From the NCBI GenBank assembly GCA_002724585.1, contig PBPE01000045.1, positions 1 to 46,658 of the forward strand: DNA of 46,658 bases. Direction: 5' to 3'. This document shows, one piece after another, positions 25,424-35,186 of this stretch (positions are counted from its first letter, which is position 1; each line of letters starts with the position of its first letter). The notes beneath the pieces were generated by a model. That model worked only from the letters and a program-made list of their open reading frames with translations. It ran no database searches and was not told the origin of the DNA. This DNA is from Dehalococcoidia bacterium. Lineage in GTDB: Bacteria; Chloroflexota; Dehalococcoidia; Lucifugimonadales; UBA3495. A program made the position numbers and the translations under genes.

Positions 25424-26608
25424 CTATAGTCCGAATTTTTCGGCCGCTTGCTTGAAACCATCTAGTGACCCTGCAATTACGGAATCTTCTACACAATAGG
25501 ATATTCGGAAATAGCCAGGGGTCCCGAAACCTGTTCCTGGAACTGCTAGTACGTTCCATTCCTGAAGTGAGTCGACGAACTCAACGTCATCTTCTATGGG
25601 AGATTTTGGAAACAGGTAAAAAGCTCCTTGGGGTTTTACCACCGAGTACCCGAAATCTTCGAGGCTGGAATATAACAAGTCACGCTTACGCTGGTAATCT
25701 GTTGCATCAACACTAACTCCTTGCAGGTTTCGGACTACGTGTTGCATTAGCGCGGGAGCGTTTACAAATCCTAAAGTCCGATTGCAAAAAGTGAACCCGT
25801 TGGCTAAAACTTCCCGATCTTCACACGAGGAGTTCACCGCTATGTATCCAATCCTTTCACCTGGCAGCGCCAAATCTTTGGCATGTGACGTCACAACTAT
25901 GGAATTTGAGTAGTAGGGAAATACATGAGTGTACTCATTTTTTTCGAATAGGATTCTTCGGTACGGTTCATCGCTGATCAGATAGATGTCTCTATTGTGT
26001 TTAGATTGGTATTTTTCTAAGAGAGTTGCTAGAGACTTTATTTTCTCTTGAGGATAAACCACCCCTGTTGGGTTATTTGGTGAATTAATTATTATTGCCC
26101 GAGTTCTTGGTGTAATAGCTGATTCAATTTTATCGAGGTCGGGTTGGAAATTATCGTCGGTCGGTACAACAACGGCAACCCCTGCATGGTTGTCAATGTA
26201 ATATCCGTATTCGACGAAATAAGGCGACAAAATTATGACTTCCTCAGTAGGATTTAATATAGTTTTCAGCACTACATTGATCGCAGCCGCCGCACCGCAC
26301 GTCATGACTATGTCATTGGGTGAAATATCGACCCTCGTTTCTGTTGTTAGTGTGTTTGCAATGGCTTCACGAGTTTCGAAATAACCGTTGTTGGGCATAT
26401 ATCTATGCATACCTTTCAACGGATTTTGAATCAAATTTCTTAGTTCGTTTTTGAACAATTCTGGCGGTTCTATTACAGGGTTCCCTAAAGATAGATCAAA
26501 TACGTTTTCTTCCCCGTATTGCTGTTTTAAAGCTATGCCGGACTCAAACATTTTGCGGATCCAGCCACCTTGCTCCATATGAGAGGAAATTTTGTTGGAA
26601 ACAGGCAT
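25424..26608 (-). CDS. Class I/II PLP-dependent aminotransferase (AspC/AlaA-like)
   Basis: INSPNNPTGVVY, TSHAKDLALPGERIGY (PLP lysine motif), and C-terminal YFRISY. Confidence 0.85.
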   Translation of the reverse strand: MPVSNKISSHMEQGGWIRKMFESGIALKQQYGEENVFDLSLGNPVIEPPELFKNELRNLIQNPLKGMHRYMPNNGYFETREAIANTLTTETRVDISPNDIVMTCGAAAAINVVLKTILNPTEEVIILSPYFVEYGYYIDNHAGVAVVVPTDDNFQPDLDKIESAITPRTRAIIINSPNNPTGVVYPQEKIKSLATLLEKYQSKHNRDIYLISDEPYRRILFEKNEYTHVFPYYSNSIVVTSHAKDLALPGERIGYIAVNSSCEDREVLANGFTFCNRTLGFVNAPALMQHVVRNLQGVSVDATDYQRKRDLLYSSLEDFGYSVVKPQGAFYLFPKSPIEDDVEFVDSLQEWNVLAVPGTGFGTPGYFRISYCVEDSVIAGSLDGFKQAAEKFGL

Positions 26609-26657
26609 AATTACTCCGGTAAATAATTAGTGCTAACGTAATAATCTAGGCACAGTA

Positions 26658-26687
26658 ATATTAAATTGGTAAGAGATGAAGTGTCAA
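26658..26687 (-). promoter_or_regulatory. Candidate promoter for the aminotransferase gene
   Basis: On the minus strand: TTGACA (26682-26687), 17/18-nt spacer, TTAATAT (26658-26664). Confidence 0.35.
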
Positions 26688-26704
26688 AACACCCCGAAAG
26701 CAAC

Positions 26705-27361
26705 TTAGAGATTTTCCAAATGCAGTCCCATGACGCGGCTAAAATTTGTAATAAAGCTCTGTTCTACAAGGGATTTTTCGACTTGTCCTTGAATAAGAGT
26801 GTCCATTGATGTTACTTGTCTGCCTACAATGCCACATGGGATTATATTATTAAAATAAGATAAGTCAGTTGATACGTTTAAAGATAGTCCGTGGGTTGAT
26901 ACTCCCTTACTTATCCTTACACCAATGGCTGCAATTTTTGCATGATCAACCCATACCCCAGTTAATCCGCTGATTGTAGTAGCTTCGATACGGAAGTCCG
27001 ACAATGTAGAAATAATAATCTCTTCTAGTGCTCTAACGTATTTTAGAGGTCCTCCCCACGCCCGAAGATTTATAATAGGGTATGCAATGAACTGTCCGGG
27101 GCCGTGATAGGTAATCAATCCCCCTCGATCCGTTTCTACCACCGGTATTTGTAGATCGTCAAATTGTTGTTGGCTTAGTAAAAGGTCACTATCCGAGCTC
27201 AGCCGACCTTTGGTATACACATGATTGTGCTCTACTAGTATCAGGGTGTTTGGAATTTTTCCTGTTCTGACGTCATGTGCAGTTGCTACCTGAATGTCCC
27301 AAGCTTCCCTATAATCGAGTCGTCCCATGCTGATGACTTGGAAGATGGGATTATCGGTCAT
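26705..27361 (-). CDS. lipB: Lipoyl(octanoyl) transferase
   Basis: RGGLITYHGPGQ and the catalytic-Cys motif IIPCGI. 218 aa. The stop of E2 lies 6 nt upstream. Confidence 0.9.
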   Translation of the reverse strand: MTDNPIFQVISMGRLDYREAWDIQVATAHDVRTGKIPNTLILVEHNHVYTKGRLSSDSDLLLSQQQFDDLQIPVVETDRGGLITYHGPGQFIAYPIINLRAWGGPLKYVRALEEIIISTLSDFRIEATTISGLTGVWVDHAKIAAIGVRISKGVSTHGLSLNVSTDLSYFNNIIPCGIVGRQVTSMDTLIQGQVEKSLVEQSFITNFSRVMGLHLENL

Positions 27362-27367
27362 ATTCGG

Positions 27368-28684
27368 TTAATAGACTGGAGTATCAAGGTTTATTGACTC
27401 GATGCGACGTTTTATGGACTGCAGGAATGAGCTTGACTCGGCTCCGTCGTTGATCCTATGGTCGAATGACATGCATAGGTTCATTATGGAACGTATAGCA
27501 ATGGCATCTCCTACCACGACCGGTTTTTTCTGGATAGCTTCGGTGGTCAGTATTGCTGCTTGTGGATAGTTAATTATTGGTTGTGAGCTGATTGAGCCGA
27601 GCACCCCGGTATTGTTAACAGTAAATGTTCCGTCCTGGACATCTTCCACGTTGAGTTTCCTGTTCTTGACTTTAAATGTCAGATCGCTTAGTGCGTGTGC
27701 TAATCCTACTATACTGAGCTTGTCGGCATCTTTTATGACCGGCACGATCAATCCTTCAGGGCCTGCCATTGCTACGCCAATATTAAGGCGGTGCTTTAAA
27801 ATTATGGTATCGCCGTCCCATGTTGCGTTTAAAGTAGGATTTTCACGTAGGGATTCGACAACCATTTTTATTATGAAGGGCAGGTAGGTAAGTTCTACTG
27901 CTTCTTTTTCTATAAAGTTTTGGCGGTGGGCTGATCTGACGCCTACAAGGCTCGACACATCAGTTTCTATAGTACTCCATGCATGAGGAATCTGACTGAC
28001 GCTTCTTACCATAGCTTCGGCTATCATTTTTCTGATCGGAGTTATTTTCAGGATAGTGTCTTCATTATTTACCAAATTAGATGGGTTAACGGCACTAGTA
28101 GCTCCCGGTACAGATATGCTAGCCATAACGTCATCACGAGTAATGCGCCCGCCTACACCGGTTCCTTGGATCGTGTTTACATCGATATTGTTCTCTTGAG
28201 CTAATCGACGCACTGCAGGGGATAGTCTTTGGGTGTTACTCGACTGTCTTTGGTTTCGTGTTACAGGAGAATCGGTCGTTGCAGGTGCTGGTGTAGGTGT
28301 ATCGGATATAGTGGGCTCGCCGTCCGGACCCCCTCCAGTCGGCCCCACTGGGGCGACGTTTTTAACCAGATATCCAGTCGTACCGACCGATGGCGCTGCA
28401 GATTCTGGTTCTGGCGACAGTTTCGTTTCAGAGGGTGACGGAGACTCATCTGTCTCAAATTCCGCTATCGGGGCGCCCATAGGGATTGTTTGCCCCTCTT
28501 CTGCTATTATTCGTGAAAGTACTCCAGAAACAGGGGAAGGCATTTCCATTGTTACTTTATCTGTCACAATTTCAACAAGCGGGTCGTATCGTTCGATCTG
28601 ATCACCAGGCTTTTTAAGCCATTTTCCAATCGTACCCTCGACTACGGACTCTCCTACATGCGGGAGCTCAATTATTAGGGCCAT
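27368..28684 (-). CDS. Dihydrolipoamide acyltransferase (E2) of a 2-oxoacid dehydrogenase complex
   Basis: One lipoyl domain (VTDKVTMEMPSP), a Pro/Ser/Thr-rich linker, a subunit-binding domain (SPAVRRLAQENNIDVNTIQGTGVGGRITRDDV), and the catalytic motif SFDHRINDG. Confidence 0.92.
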   Translation of the reverse strand: MALIIELPHVGESVVEGTIGKWLKKPGDQIERYDPLVEIVTDKVTMEMPSPVSGVLSRIIAEEGQTIPMGAPIAEFETDESPSPSETKLSPEPESAAPSVGTTGYLVKNVAPVGPTGGGPDGEPTISDTPTPAPATTDSPVTRNQRQSSNTQRLSPAVRRLAQENNIDVNTIQGTGVGGRITRDDVMASISVPGATSAVNPSNLVNNEDTILKITPIRKMIAEAMVRSVSQIPHAWSTIETDVSSLVGVRSAHRQNFIEKEAVELTYLPFIIKMVVESLRENPTLNATWDGDTIILKHRLNIGVAMAGPEGLIVPVIKDADKLSIVGLAHALSDLTFKVKNRKLNVEDVQDGTFTVNNTGVLGSISSQPIINYPQAAILTTEAIQKKPVVVGDAIAIRSIMNLCMSFDHRINDGAESSSFLQSIKRRIESINLDTPVY

Positions 28685-28705
28685 GGATTATCACCTATGT
28701 TTAAT

Positions 28706-29689
28706 TTAGTATTGGGCAAGTTCTCGTAACGCGGATGCCACTTTATCAGTGTTTGGAAGGTACGCTTCTTCTAAGCTTTGTGCAAATGGCATTGTAGGGA
28801 TATCTGGCCCGCATAATCTGCTAATGGGTCCATCGAGATATTCAAAGGCTTGATCTGCGACTATAGCTGCTATCTCCGCGCCTACTCCGCCAGTTAAATT
28901 ATCCTCATGCACTATTAGAATTTTCCCGGTTTTTTTTACAGAATTTATTATTGTCTCTGTATCTAAAGGCCTTAAGGTTCTCAGGTCAACGACTTCAACG
29001 TCTACATCTTCTTGAGAGAGTAATTCAGCAGCTTCAAGGCAGTGATGTAGCATTAATCCATAACTAACGACAGTTATATTACTTCCTTGACGTTTAACAT
29101 CTGATGGGCCGATAGGAATGGTATATTCTTCTTCAGGTACTTCCCCTCTAACTAATCGGTAGCTCTTTTTGTGCTCCAGAAATATTATTAGATTATCATC
29201 TCGTATAGCGGATTTAAGTAATCCTTTGGCATCGTATGGCGTTCCTGGACTTACTACTTTTAATCCGGGTACGTGAAAAAAGAACGACTCAACATTTTGC
29301 GAATGGTATAACCCGCCTCGAATTCCTCCGCCGTAGGGGATTCTAACTACCATAGGCACTGTCAGTTGTCCATTACTACCGTACCGAGCCCGTGCTGCTT
29401 CACCTACCAGTTGGTTTATACTAGGCCATACGAAATCAGAAAATTGAACTTCTGGTATAGGACGCATGCCTTTAAAGGCTGCCCCTAGGGCTATCCCCAT
29501 TATAGATGCTTCGGCTAATGGCGTATCTATTACTCTAGATTCTCCGAATTCATCAAGGAATCCTTGTGTAGATAAGAATACTCCGCCGCGTTTTCCTACA
29601 TCTTCCCCCAGTACGAATACACTACTGTCTCGACGCATTTCCTCTTGCATAGCGGATCGAACTGCCTCTATTACCGATATAACTGCCAT
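28706..29689 (-). CDS. 2-oxoacid dehydrogenase E1 component, beta subunit
   Basis: Transketolase-like pyrimidine-binding pattern (VIDTPLAEASIMGIALGAAFKGMRPI). 327 aa. Confidence 0.92.
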   Translation of the reverse strand: MAVISVIEAVRSAMQEEMRRDSSVFVLGEDVGKRGGVFLSTQGFLDEFGESRVIDTPLAEASIMGIALGAAFKGMRPIPEVQFSDFVWPSINQLVGEAARARYGSNGQLTVPMVVRIPYGGGIRGGLYHSQNVESFFFHVPGLKVVSPGTPYDAKGLLKSAIRDDNLIIFLEHKKSYRLVRGEVPEEEYTIPIGPSDVKRQGSNITVVSYGLMLHHCLEAAELLSQEDVDVEVVDLRTLRPLDTETIINSVKKTGKILIVHEDNLTGGVGAEIAAIVADQAFEYLDGPISRLCGPDIPTMPFAQSLEEAYLPNTDKVASALRELAQY

Positions 29690-29725
29690 AATAATTTACT
29701 CTCTACCCTGAAAGGCGTTATTACC

Positions 29726-30775
29726 TTAATCTTTGAATAAATGATCGAACATTGTTGAAGGATCGGGAAGAGGTGCTTCTTCACCTTCGTCCGTAGCTTG
29801 GTTGATAGCCGCCGTTGCTTCTTTGGAAATTTCATCAATTTGTTCCTGATTAAGGAATCCTTGTTCAGTCATGTATTGCCCCATTGTGATAACGGGATCT
29901 CGTTGTCTTATGTTGTCGACTTCTTCAGCTGGCCGGTACCGTTTATCGTCGTCATCCGTTGTGTGAGGCATGAAACGTTCAAGTTTCATCTCTAGTAGTA
30001 CTGGGCCTTGGCTACGTGCATGAGATATAGCCTCTCTGGTTGCTTCATAGACTTGAATGATGTCCATTCCATCTACTACAACTCCGGCCAGACCGTACCC
30101 TTCAGCCCGGTTCGCTATATCAGTGATGGCCATTTGCGATTTTTGCGGTACAGAGATCGCATAATGATTGTTTTCACACAAGAAAATTACCGGTAGTTTG
30201 TGGACTCCAGCAAAGTTCATCGCCTCATGTGTTTCCCCTTGACTGGAGGCCCCGTCACCGAAATAAACTATTGAAACGGTATCATCTCCCTGCATTCTCG
30301 AAGCCAACGCGTAGCCCACGGCTTGTGTAAGCCCTGCTGCGACTACGTTGGATAACTGAATTATTTTATGATCTAAATCAGCCCCTTGAAGTGGAAATTG
30401 CCGCCCATTACTGTACGGATCACCTTCTTTGCCCATGAATGATTTCATTACCTGGCTTGGTGTTAATCCTGCGGCCATTTTGACAGCAAGGTCTCTGTAG
30501 TAGGTGAACAGGAAGCAATCACCATCTTTCTCGGCAGCCAGCAAACTGCCTAACTGTGTTGCTTCATGGCCTTGAGACGAAGCGGCGATTGGTACTTTGC
30601 CTTGACGATTCATCATCCATATACGTTCATCTATGGTTCTAACCAATACCATTCTTTTGTAGTAATCGATTAGATCGTCAGCAGTAATTCCTCGGGGTAG
30701 GCCAGTATCTGATGTTTTGCTGGAACGGGAACTTCTTGCTGAGCGGTTTTTGGGCCCAGATCTGGGTTGCGTCAT
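29726..30775 (-). CDS. 2-oxoacid dehydrogenase E1 component, alpha subunit (TPP-dependent)
   Basis: TPP-binding motif YFGDGASSQGETHEAMNFA...CENNHYAIS. 349 aa. GAGGAAG RBS. Confidence 0.92.
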   Translation of the reverse strand: MTQPRSGPKNRSARSSRSSKTSDTGLPRGITADDLIDYYKRMVLVRTIDERIWMMNRQGKVPIAASSQGHEATQLGSLLAAEKDGDCFLFTYYRDLAVKMAAGLTPSQVMKSFMGKEGDPYSNGRQFPLQGADLDHKIIQLSNVVAAGLTQAVGYALASRMQGDDTVSIVYFGDGASSQGETHEAMNFAGVHKLPVIFLCENNHYAISVPQKSQMAITDIANRAEGYGLAGVVVDGMDIIQVYEATREAISHARSQGPVLLEMKLERFMPHTTDDDDKRYRPAEEVDNIRQRDPVITMGQYMTEQGFLNQEQIDEISKEATAAINQATDEGEEAPLPDPSTMFDHLFKD

Positions 30776-30845
30776 CGCTTCCTCAATGGATATTGATTGA
30801 AAGCTATGTATGTGCGCCTGTACGGTAGCTCTCGTATTGTGCGCA

Positions 30846-30875
30846 ATTATATACGCTTCTTTATCTCAGTCGCAA
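30846..30875 (-). promoter_or_regulatory. Candidate promoter of the E1alpha-E1beta-E2-lipB operon
   Basis: On the minus strand: TTGCGA (30870-30875), 18-nt spacer, TATAAT (30846-30851). Confidence 0.4.
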
Positions 30876-31028
30876 ACTAGAAATAAGCGTGGTTGCAAGT
30901 TGGAATAGTAAAGGAGGGGAAAAATGCGCCTTATGGCGCTTGACACCAAAATTCCATTGTGATAATTTTCACGTGGAGTTCAGGTAGACCCAATAATCTC
31001 GAGCGATTTAGGTGGCAGTGACGACGAA

Positions 31029-31331
31029 ATGCCTCTAGTAGACCCCCACGCTTTAACTAGTGCTGACTGGATAAATATTCACAATTGGTTAACACTTCTC
31101 TGGATTTTCCTTCCCCTAATGATAGTGTTCGCTTTTTCTATGATGATTGCTCATGGTTTTATACCATCTGGTGTGGCTACGGGTGACTATCCAGAAGGTC
31201 TGAGTAAGCTCAGATTGCCCATAACCATTATTGGGTTATTGGCGCTTGCTCTTGCCATCGTGTTCTTTATACTGGCTTTGTCAGCTACATGGAGCACAAT
31301 AGGGTTTTTCTGGGATCGGCATTTTGTATAA
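31029..31331 (+). CDS. Hypothetical 100-aa membrane protein (2-3 TM), first gene of the ACIII-type operon
   Basis: Hydrophobic helices LTLLWIFLPLMIVFAFSMMIA and ITIIGLLALALAIVFFILALS. It ends 25 nt before actA. No recognised family. Confidence 0.45.
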   Translation: MPLVDPHALTSADWINIHNWLTLLWIFLPLMIVFAFSMMIAHGFIPSGVATGDYPEGLSKLRLPITIIGLLALALAIVFFILALSATWSTIGFFWDRHFV

Positions 31332-31356
31332 CGGTGTATTAGGAAACGATATTTAG

Positions 31357-32019
31357 ATGAAACTGGGCGTGAACATATTACCGCTGGCACTAGTTGGGCT
31401 AGTAGTTACTATTATTGTTGCTTTTCTGATTTATGTATTGGCTACAGCGTGGTTTTCAAATGCTCCTTTCGGCCTGTCAGACGCACCTCCACAGCCGATA
31501 CCGTTCCCTCATACGGTTCACGCTGGTTCAATCGAGCAGGGCGGAGCAGGTATACAATGCGAGTTTTGTCACCGCAACGTAACTAAGGGAGCTTCGGCGA
31601 CCGTACCAGCTGTAGAAAATTGTCTTTTCTGTCATAAGCAAATTAATGCAGAGAACGATACTGGTGAGACAACAGCTAACGTTGCTCAGATTCAACGTGT
31701 TGTAGATAAATATCACGACAACAATCCGATTAACTGGGAGAGGGTTCATAGACTCCCAGATCACGCTAGATTTGTTCATGAAGCGCATATAAGGTTTCTT
31801 ACACAAGGTGAATCGAGGATAGTTACTTTGCCAATGGGTGATGAAAAGCCCCAGCAGTTGCCGTTATCTATTGGGGAAGCGTGTTCGGTTTGTCATGGAA
31901 ATGTAGCAGAAATGACTGAGGTGCAACCTCAGGAAGGCCAATCTTTGAAGATGGGTACATGTTTGGATTGTCATAGGCAGACTAATGCTTCGACCGACTG
32001 TACTATCTGTCATAAGTGA
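31357..32019 (+). CDS. actA: ACIII pentaheme cytochrome c subunit (ActA-like)
   Basis: N-terminal TM anchor plus five CxxCH motifs (CEFCH, CLFCH, CSVCH, CLDCH, CTICH). Confidence 0.85.
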   Translation: MKLGVNILPLALVGLVVTIIVAFLIYVLATAWFSNAPFGLSDAPPQPIPFPHTVHAGSIEQGGAGIQCEFCHRNVTKGASATVPAVENCLFCHKQINAENDTGETTANVAQIQRVVDKYHDNNPINWERVHRLPDHARFVHEAHIRFLTQGESRIVTLPMGDEKPQQLPLSIGEACSVCHGNVAEMTEVQPQEGQSLKMGTCLDCHRQTNASTDCTICHK

Positions 32020-32040
32020 TAGAGGATAAGGCATAGCAGT

Positions 32041-34350
32041 ATGAAGTTAACACGACGAAATTTTCTAGCATGGGCAGGGTTATCAGCTGTAGGTGCTGTG
32101 GCTTGCGATGTTTTTGGAGAGGATAGGCGTGAGTTAAAGGTTCAGAGCCCTGTTATGCAGCCGGAAGATTTAGTAAAGGGTACAGACAACTGGTATGCTA
32201 CATTGTGTCGGCAGTGCCCGACCAACGAGGGAATAGTCGTTCGTGTAATGGAAGGCAGGGCGAAAAAAGTTCAAGGGAATCCTGATTACCCTGTCAATCT
32301 CGGCAAACAAGCTGCAAGGTGCGACGCCGGTCTTCAATCACTTTACCACCCAGATAGAATAGCTGGCCCAATGAAAAGGGTGGGACCGAAGGGCACAGGG
32401 GAGTTCGCACCTATTACGTGGGACCAAGGGCTTAATGATCTGAAAGCCGCGTTGGCTTCTCATGGAGATGGGTTGCTGCTTATTACTGAACCGGTTAGAG
32501 CTCACTCTGCCATGATAGCCGATAAGTTTGCAAAAGCATTCAATGGGACTCATTTAGGGTTCGAAGCATTTGACCAAGGCGTATATAGAACTGCAGTGAA
32601 AAGTGTATTTGGACAAGATACACTCCCAGATTTTGATATTGGCAGTGCCAATTATCTCTTGTCGTTCGGAGCTGATTTCCTGTCAACGTGGGTGTCTCCC
32701 ACTAGGTGGTCAATCGGATACGGAGCCTTCCGTGATTCTAGTAATGGCGGGCACAGGGGCACGCATGTTCATATTGATCCTAGATTCTCGATGACAGCGT
32801 CTAATGCTGACAAGTGGCTTCCGGTTACTCCGGGAGTTGAAGGTCATTTAGCTCTAAGTATTGCTCATGTCATCATTGCTGAAGGTTTGCAGGCCGACGG
32901 TGTCGATATAGACCAATTGACGTCAGGAAGAGGTGCTGGGGCGCTGAGTGACTATAGTCCGGAAAGAGTAGGCCCAATGCTGAATCTACATGAAGATATT
33001 CTTCATGGGCATAGCGGAGCTGACTTGATAAAGGAGCTAGCTAGGGAGTTTGCGAGCCATACTCCTGCGTTAGCTATTGGTGGGGATAGTTCTTCAGCTT
33101 ACAGTAATGGTTTGTTTAACGCGGAGGCTATTTACGCTCTCAATTATTTGGTGGGAAGTGTAGGGCGCCAAGTTGCGTTCAGTCCTGAAAGTCCATTGTC
33201 AGATCTTCCTTCTTCGGCAAATGTGGGAGGGTTAGGCGACTGGGCAGAACATATAAGTGATATAAAAAATGGAAAGACTGCCCTTGTGATGGTGCATAAC
33301 GCTGATCCAGTCTACGGATTGCCAGAATCGTCTGGTATGGGTGAGGCGCTTTCCAGTGATAGCGTTTTTGTAGTTAGTTTCTCTTCGTTTATTGATGATA
33401 CGGCAGTAATGGCTGACTTGATTCTCCCCGATCGTAACTACTTAGAAGATTGGGGCAGCGATATTCCTGAGCCTGGGCCGGGGCATCAGGTCATAGGTAT
33501 ACAACAACCGGTGGTCAACCCGCTGAGCGAGCTAGATCCGCGTAGTTTTGGTGATGTTTTGCTTGCCATAGGACAGGAATTAGGAAAAGAATCTGATTTG
33601 CCGTGGACTAGCGTAAAGCAAGCTCTGCGGGAGACTTCAGATTCTTTGTATGATATGAATAAAGGGTCGGTCTCAGGTTCTACGAAAGACATATACTGGA
33701 ACTCGATGCTGCGTAATGGCGGTTGGTGGGATGCATCGTCTGATCCAGTCACTGTTCAGGCCCCTTCAGGAATACTAAATGATATAGCTTCTAGGGGTTC
33801 CGAGGCGAAATTCTCTGGAGATGGATTTTATCTAATTCCATTCCTCCACAATACACTATTGGATGGAAGAAATGCCCATCTGCCTTGGGCTCAATCTGCA
33901 CCTGACCCAGTTACATCAGTTGCTTGGCAGACATGGGTAGAAATTAACGAAAAGCAAATGGAAGGTTTGGGAATACGGGAGGGAGATGTAGTCTCGTTAA
34001 CGTCGAATGCAGGCCGTATCACAGCTCCGGCCTATCCAAACCCGGGGATGCCGCCAGATATTGTAGGTGTTCCGTTGGGCCAAGGGCATAAACATGGCCC
34101 GGATTACGCCACAGTTGGTGACGCTAAAGATAGTGCTAATGTCATAGACATTCTGTCGGCTGTTCGTGTTGATGGTACGCGATCATTGGCTTGGGCTTCA
34201 AACAGAGTGCAGGTTCAACCCACTGGGGATAGCGTGCGGGTTACCAAGCTCGAAGGCGAATACGAAAGCAGAGAAATCGGCAATATAATCGACAATAATC
34301 CAGGTGAGGAAATAATTAAGACGACTACCCCTGGGGAAGAGCATCACTAA
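32041..34350 (+). CDS. ACIII molybdopterin-oxidoreductase-like subunit (ActB1), encoded separately from the Fe-S module
   Basis: Tat signal MKLTRRNFLAWAGLSAVGAVA. 769-aa molybdopterin-family architecture. The N-terminal cluster motif is degenerate (CRQC...C only). Confidence 0.85.
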   Translation: MKLTRRNFLAWAGLSAVGAVACDVFGEDRRELKVQSPVMQPEDLVKGTDNWYATLCRQCPTNEGIVVRVMEGRAKKVQGNPDYPVNLGKQAARCDAGLQSLYHPDRIAGPMKRVGPKGTGEFAPITWDQGLNDLKAALASHGDGLLLITEPVRAHSAMIADKFAKAFNGTHLGFEAFDQGVYRTAVKSVFGQDTLPDFDIGSANYLLSFGADFLSTWVSPTRWSIGYGAFRDSSNGGHRGTHVHIDPRFSMTASNADKWLPVTPGVEGHLALSIAHVIIAEGLQADGVDIDQLTSGRGAGALSDYSPERVGPMLNLHEDILHGHSGADLIKELAREFASHTPALAIGGDSSSAYSNGLFNAEAIYALNYLVGSVGRQVAFSPESPLSDLPSSANVGGLGDWAEHISDIKNGKTALVMVHNADPVYGLPESSGMGEALSSDSVFVVSFSSFIDDTAVMADLILPDRNYLEDWGSDIPEPGPGHQVIGIQQPVVNPLSELDPRSFGDVLLAIGQELGKESDLPWTSVKQALRETSDSLYDMNKGSVSGSTKDIYWNSMLRNGGWWDASSDPVTVQAPSGILNDIASRGSEAKFSGDGFYLIPFLHNTLLDGRNAHLPWAQSAPDPVTSVAWQTWVEINEKQMEGLGIREGDVVSLTSNAGRITAPAYPNPGMPPDIVGVPLGQGHKHGPDYATVGDAKDSANVIDILSAVRVDGTRSLAWASNRVQVQPTGDSVRVTKLEGEYESREIGNIIDNNPGEEIIKTTTPGEEHH

Positions 34351-34394
34351 GAAAATACTAGTTCTGGTTAAAATATTGAACGCTCAGAGGAAAC

Positions 34395-35186
34395 ATGGTA
34401 AGCAACAGAATAGATCATAAGTGGGGAATGGTAGTAGACATTGATAAATGTACTGGATGTCAGGCTTGTGTAATAGCGTGTCAGGCTGAGAATAACATTC
34501 CGCTTAACACTAAAGATACATTCTTGCAGAAGCGTGTGAATGAATGGATTCGTATTGAGAGATATTGGGAAGGCGAGTACCCGAACGTAAAAGCCCGTTA
34601 CATCCCGGTGTTATGTCAGCATTGTGATAATGCGCCGTGTGAACCTGTCTGCCCTATGTACGCTACTTACCATAATGATCAAGGGCTCAATGTCCAGGTA
34701 TATAACCGATGTGTTGGAACCAGGTACTGCATCAATAACTGCCCATATCAGGTTCGCTTCTTTAACTATTGGCATCCTGGATGGCCCGAAAGATTGGAGA
34801 ATCAGCTTAATCCTGATGTCACGGTAAGAAGCCGTGGAATCACCGAGAAGTGTACGTTTTGTGTACAGAGATTAAGGAGAGCAGAGCTCAAAGTTGAACG
34901 TCAATCTGGTAACAGGCTAAATGATGAAGCTCTGGAAAAAGGCAATTATGCTCCAGCTTGTGTCCATGCTTGTCCCACCAGTGCGTTGACCTTTGGGGAT
35001 CAGCACGATGATGGAGCAAAGATTAGAAGCTATTTTGATGATGTAAATGCTCATAACATTCATCACGAACACGAGAGAGAGACTCGCGGTTATCGGTTAA
35101 TGGAAGAAGTTAATACAAGGCCCAACGTTATATATCTCAAGAAGGTTGATCAATATCCTTTAGGTAAGGGCGACGGACATGTCTAG
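34395..35186 (+). CDS. ACIII 4Fe-4S ferredoxin-type subunit (ActB2 / PsrB-NrfC-like)
   Basis: CTGCQACVIAC, CQHCDNAPCEPVCP, CVGTRYCINNCP (one Cys replaced, consistent with a 3Fe-4S site), and CTFC...CVHACP. Confidence 0.88.
   Translation: MVSNRIDHKWGMVVDIDKCTGCQACVIACQAENNIPLNTKDTFLQKRVNEWIRIERYWEGEYPNVKARYIPVLCQHCDNAPCEPVCPMYATYHNDQGLNVQVYNRCVGTRYCINNCPYQVRFFNYWHPGWPERLENQLNPDVTVRSRGITEKCTFCVQRLRRAELKVERQSGNRLNDEALEKGNYAPACVHACPTSALTFGDQHDDGAKIRSYFDDVNAHNIHHEHERETRGYRLMEEVNTRPNVIYLKKVDQYPLGKGDGHV

Noticed and set aside
27612-28601. Plus-strand ORFs (69-122 aa) opposite the E2 gene, including a Gly/Ser/Val-rich 122-aa frame
   Set aside because: They mirror the Pro/Ser/Thr-rich linker and the catalytic domain of E2. 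The low-complexity composition is the expected antisense artefact.
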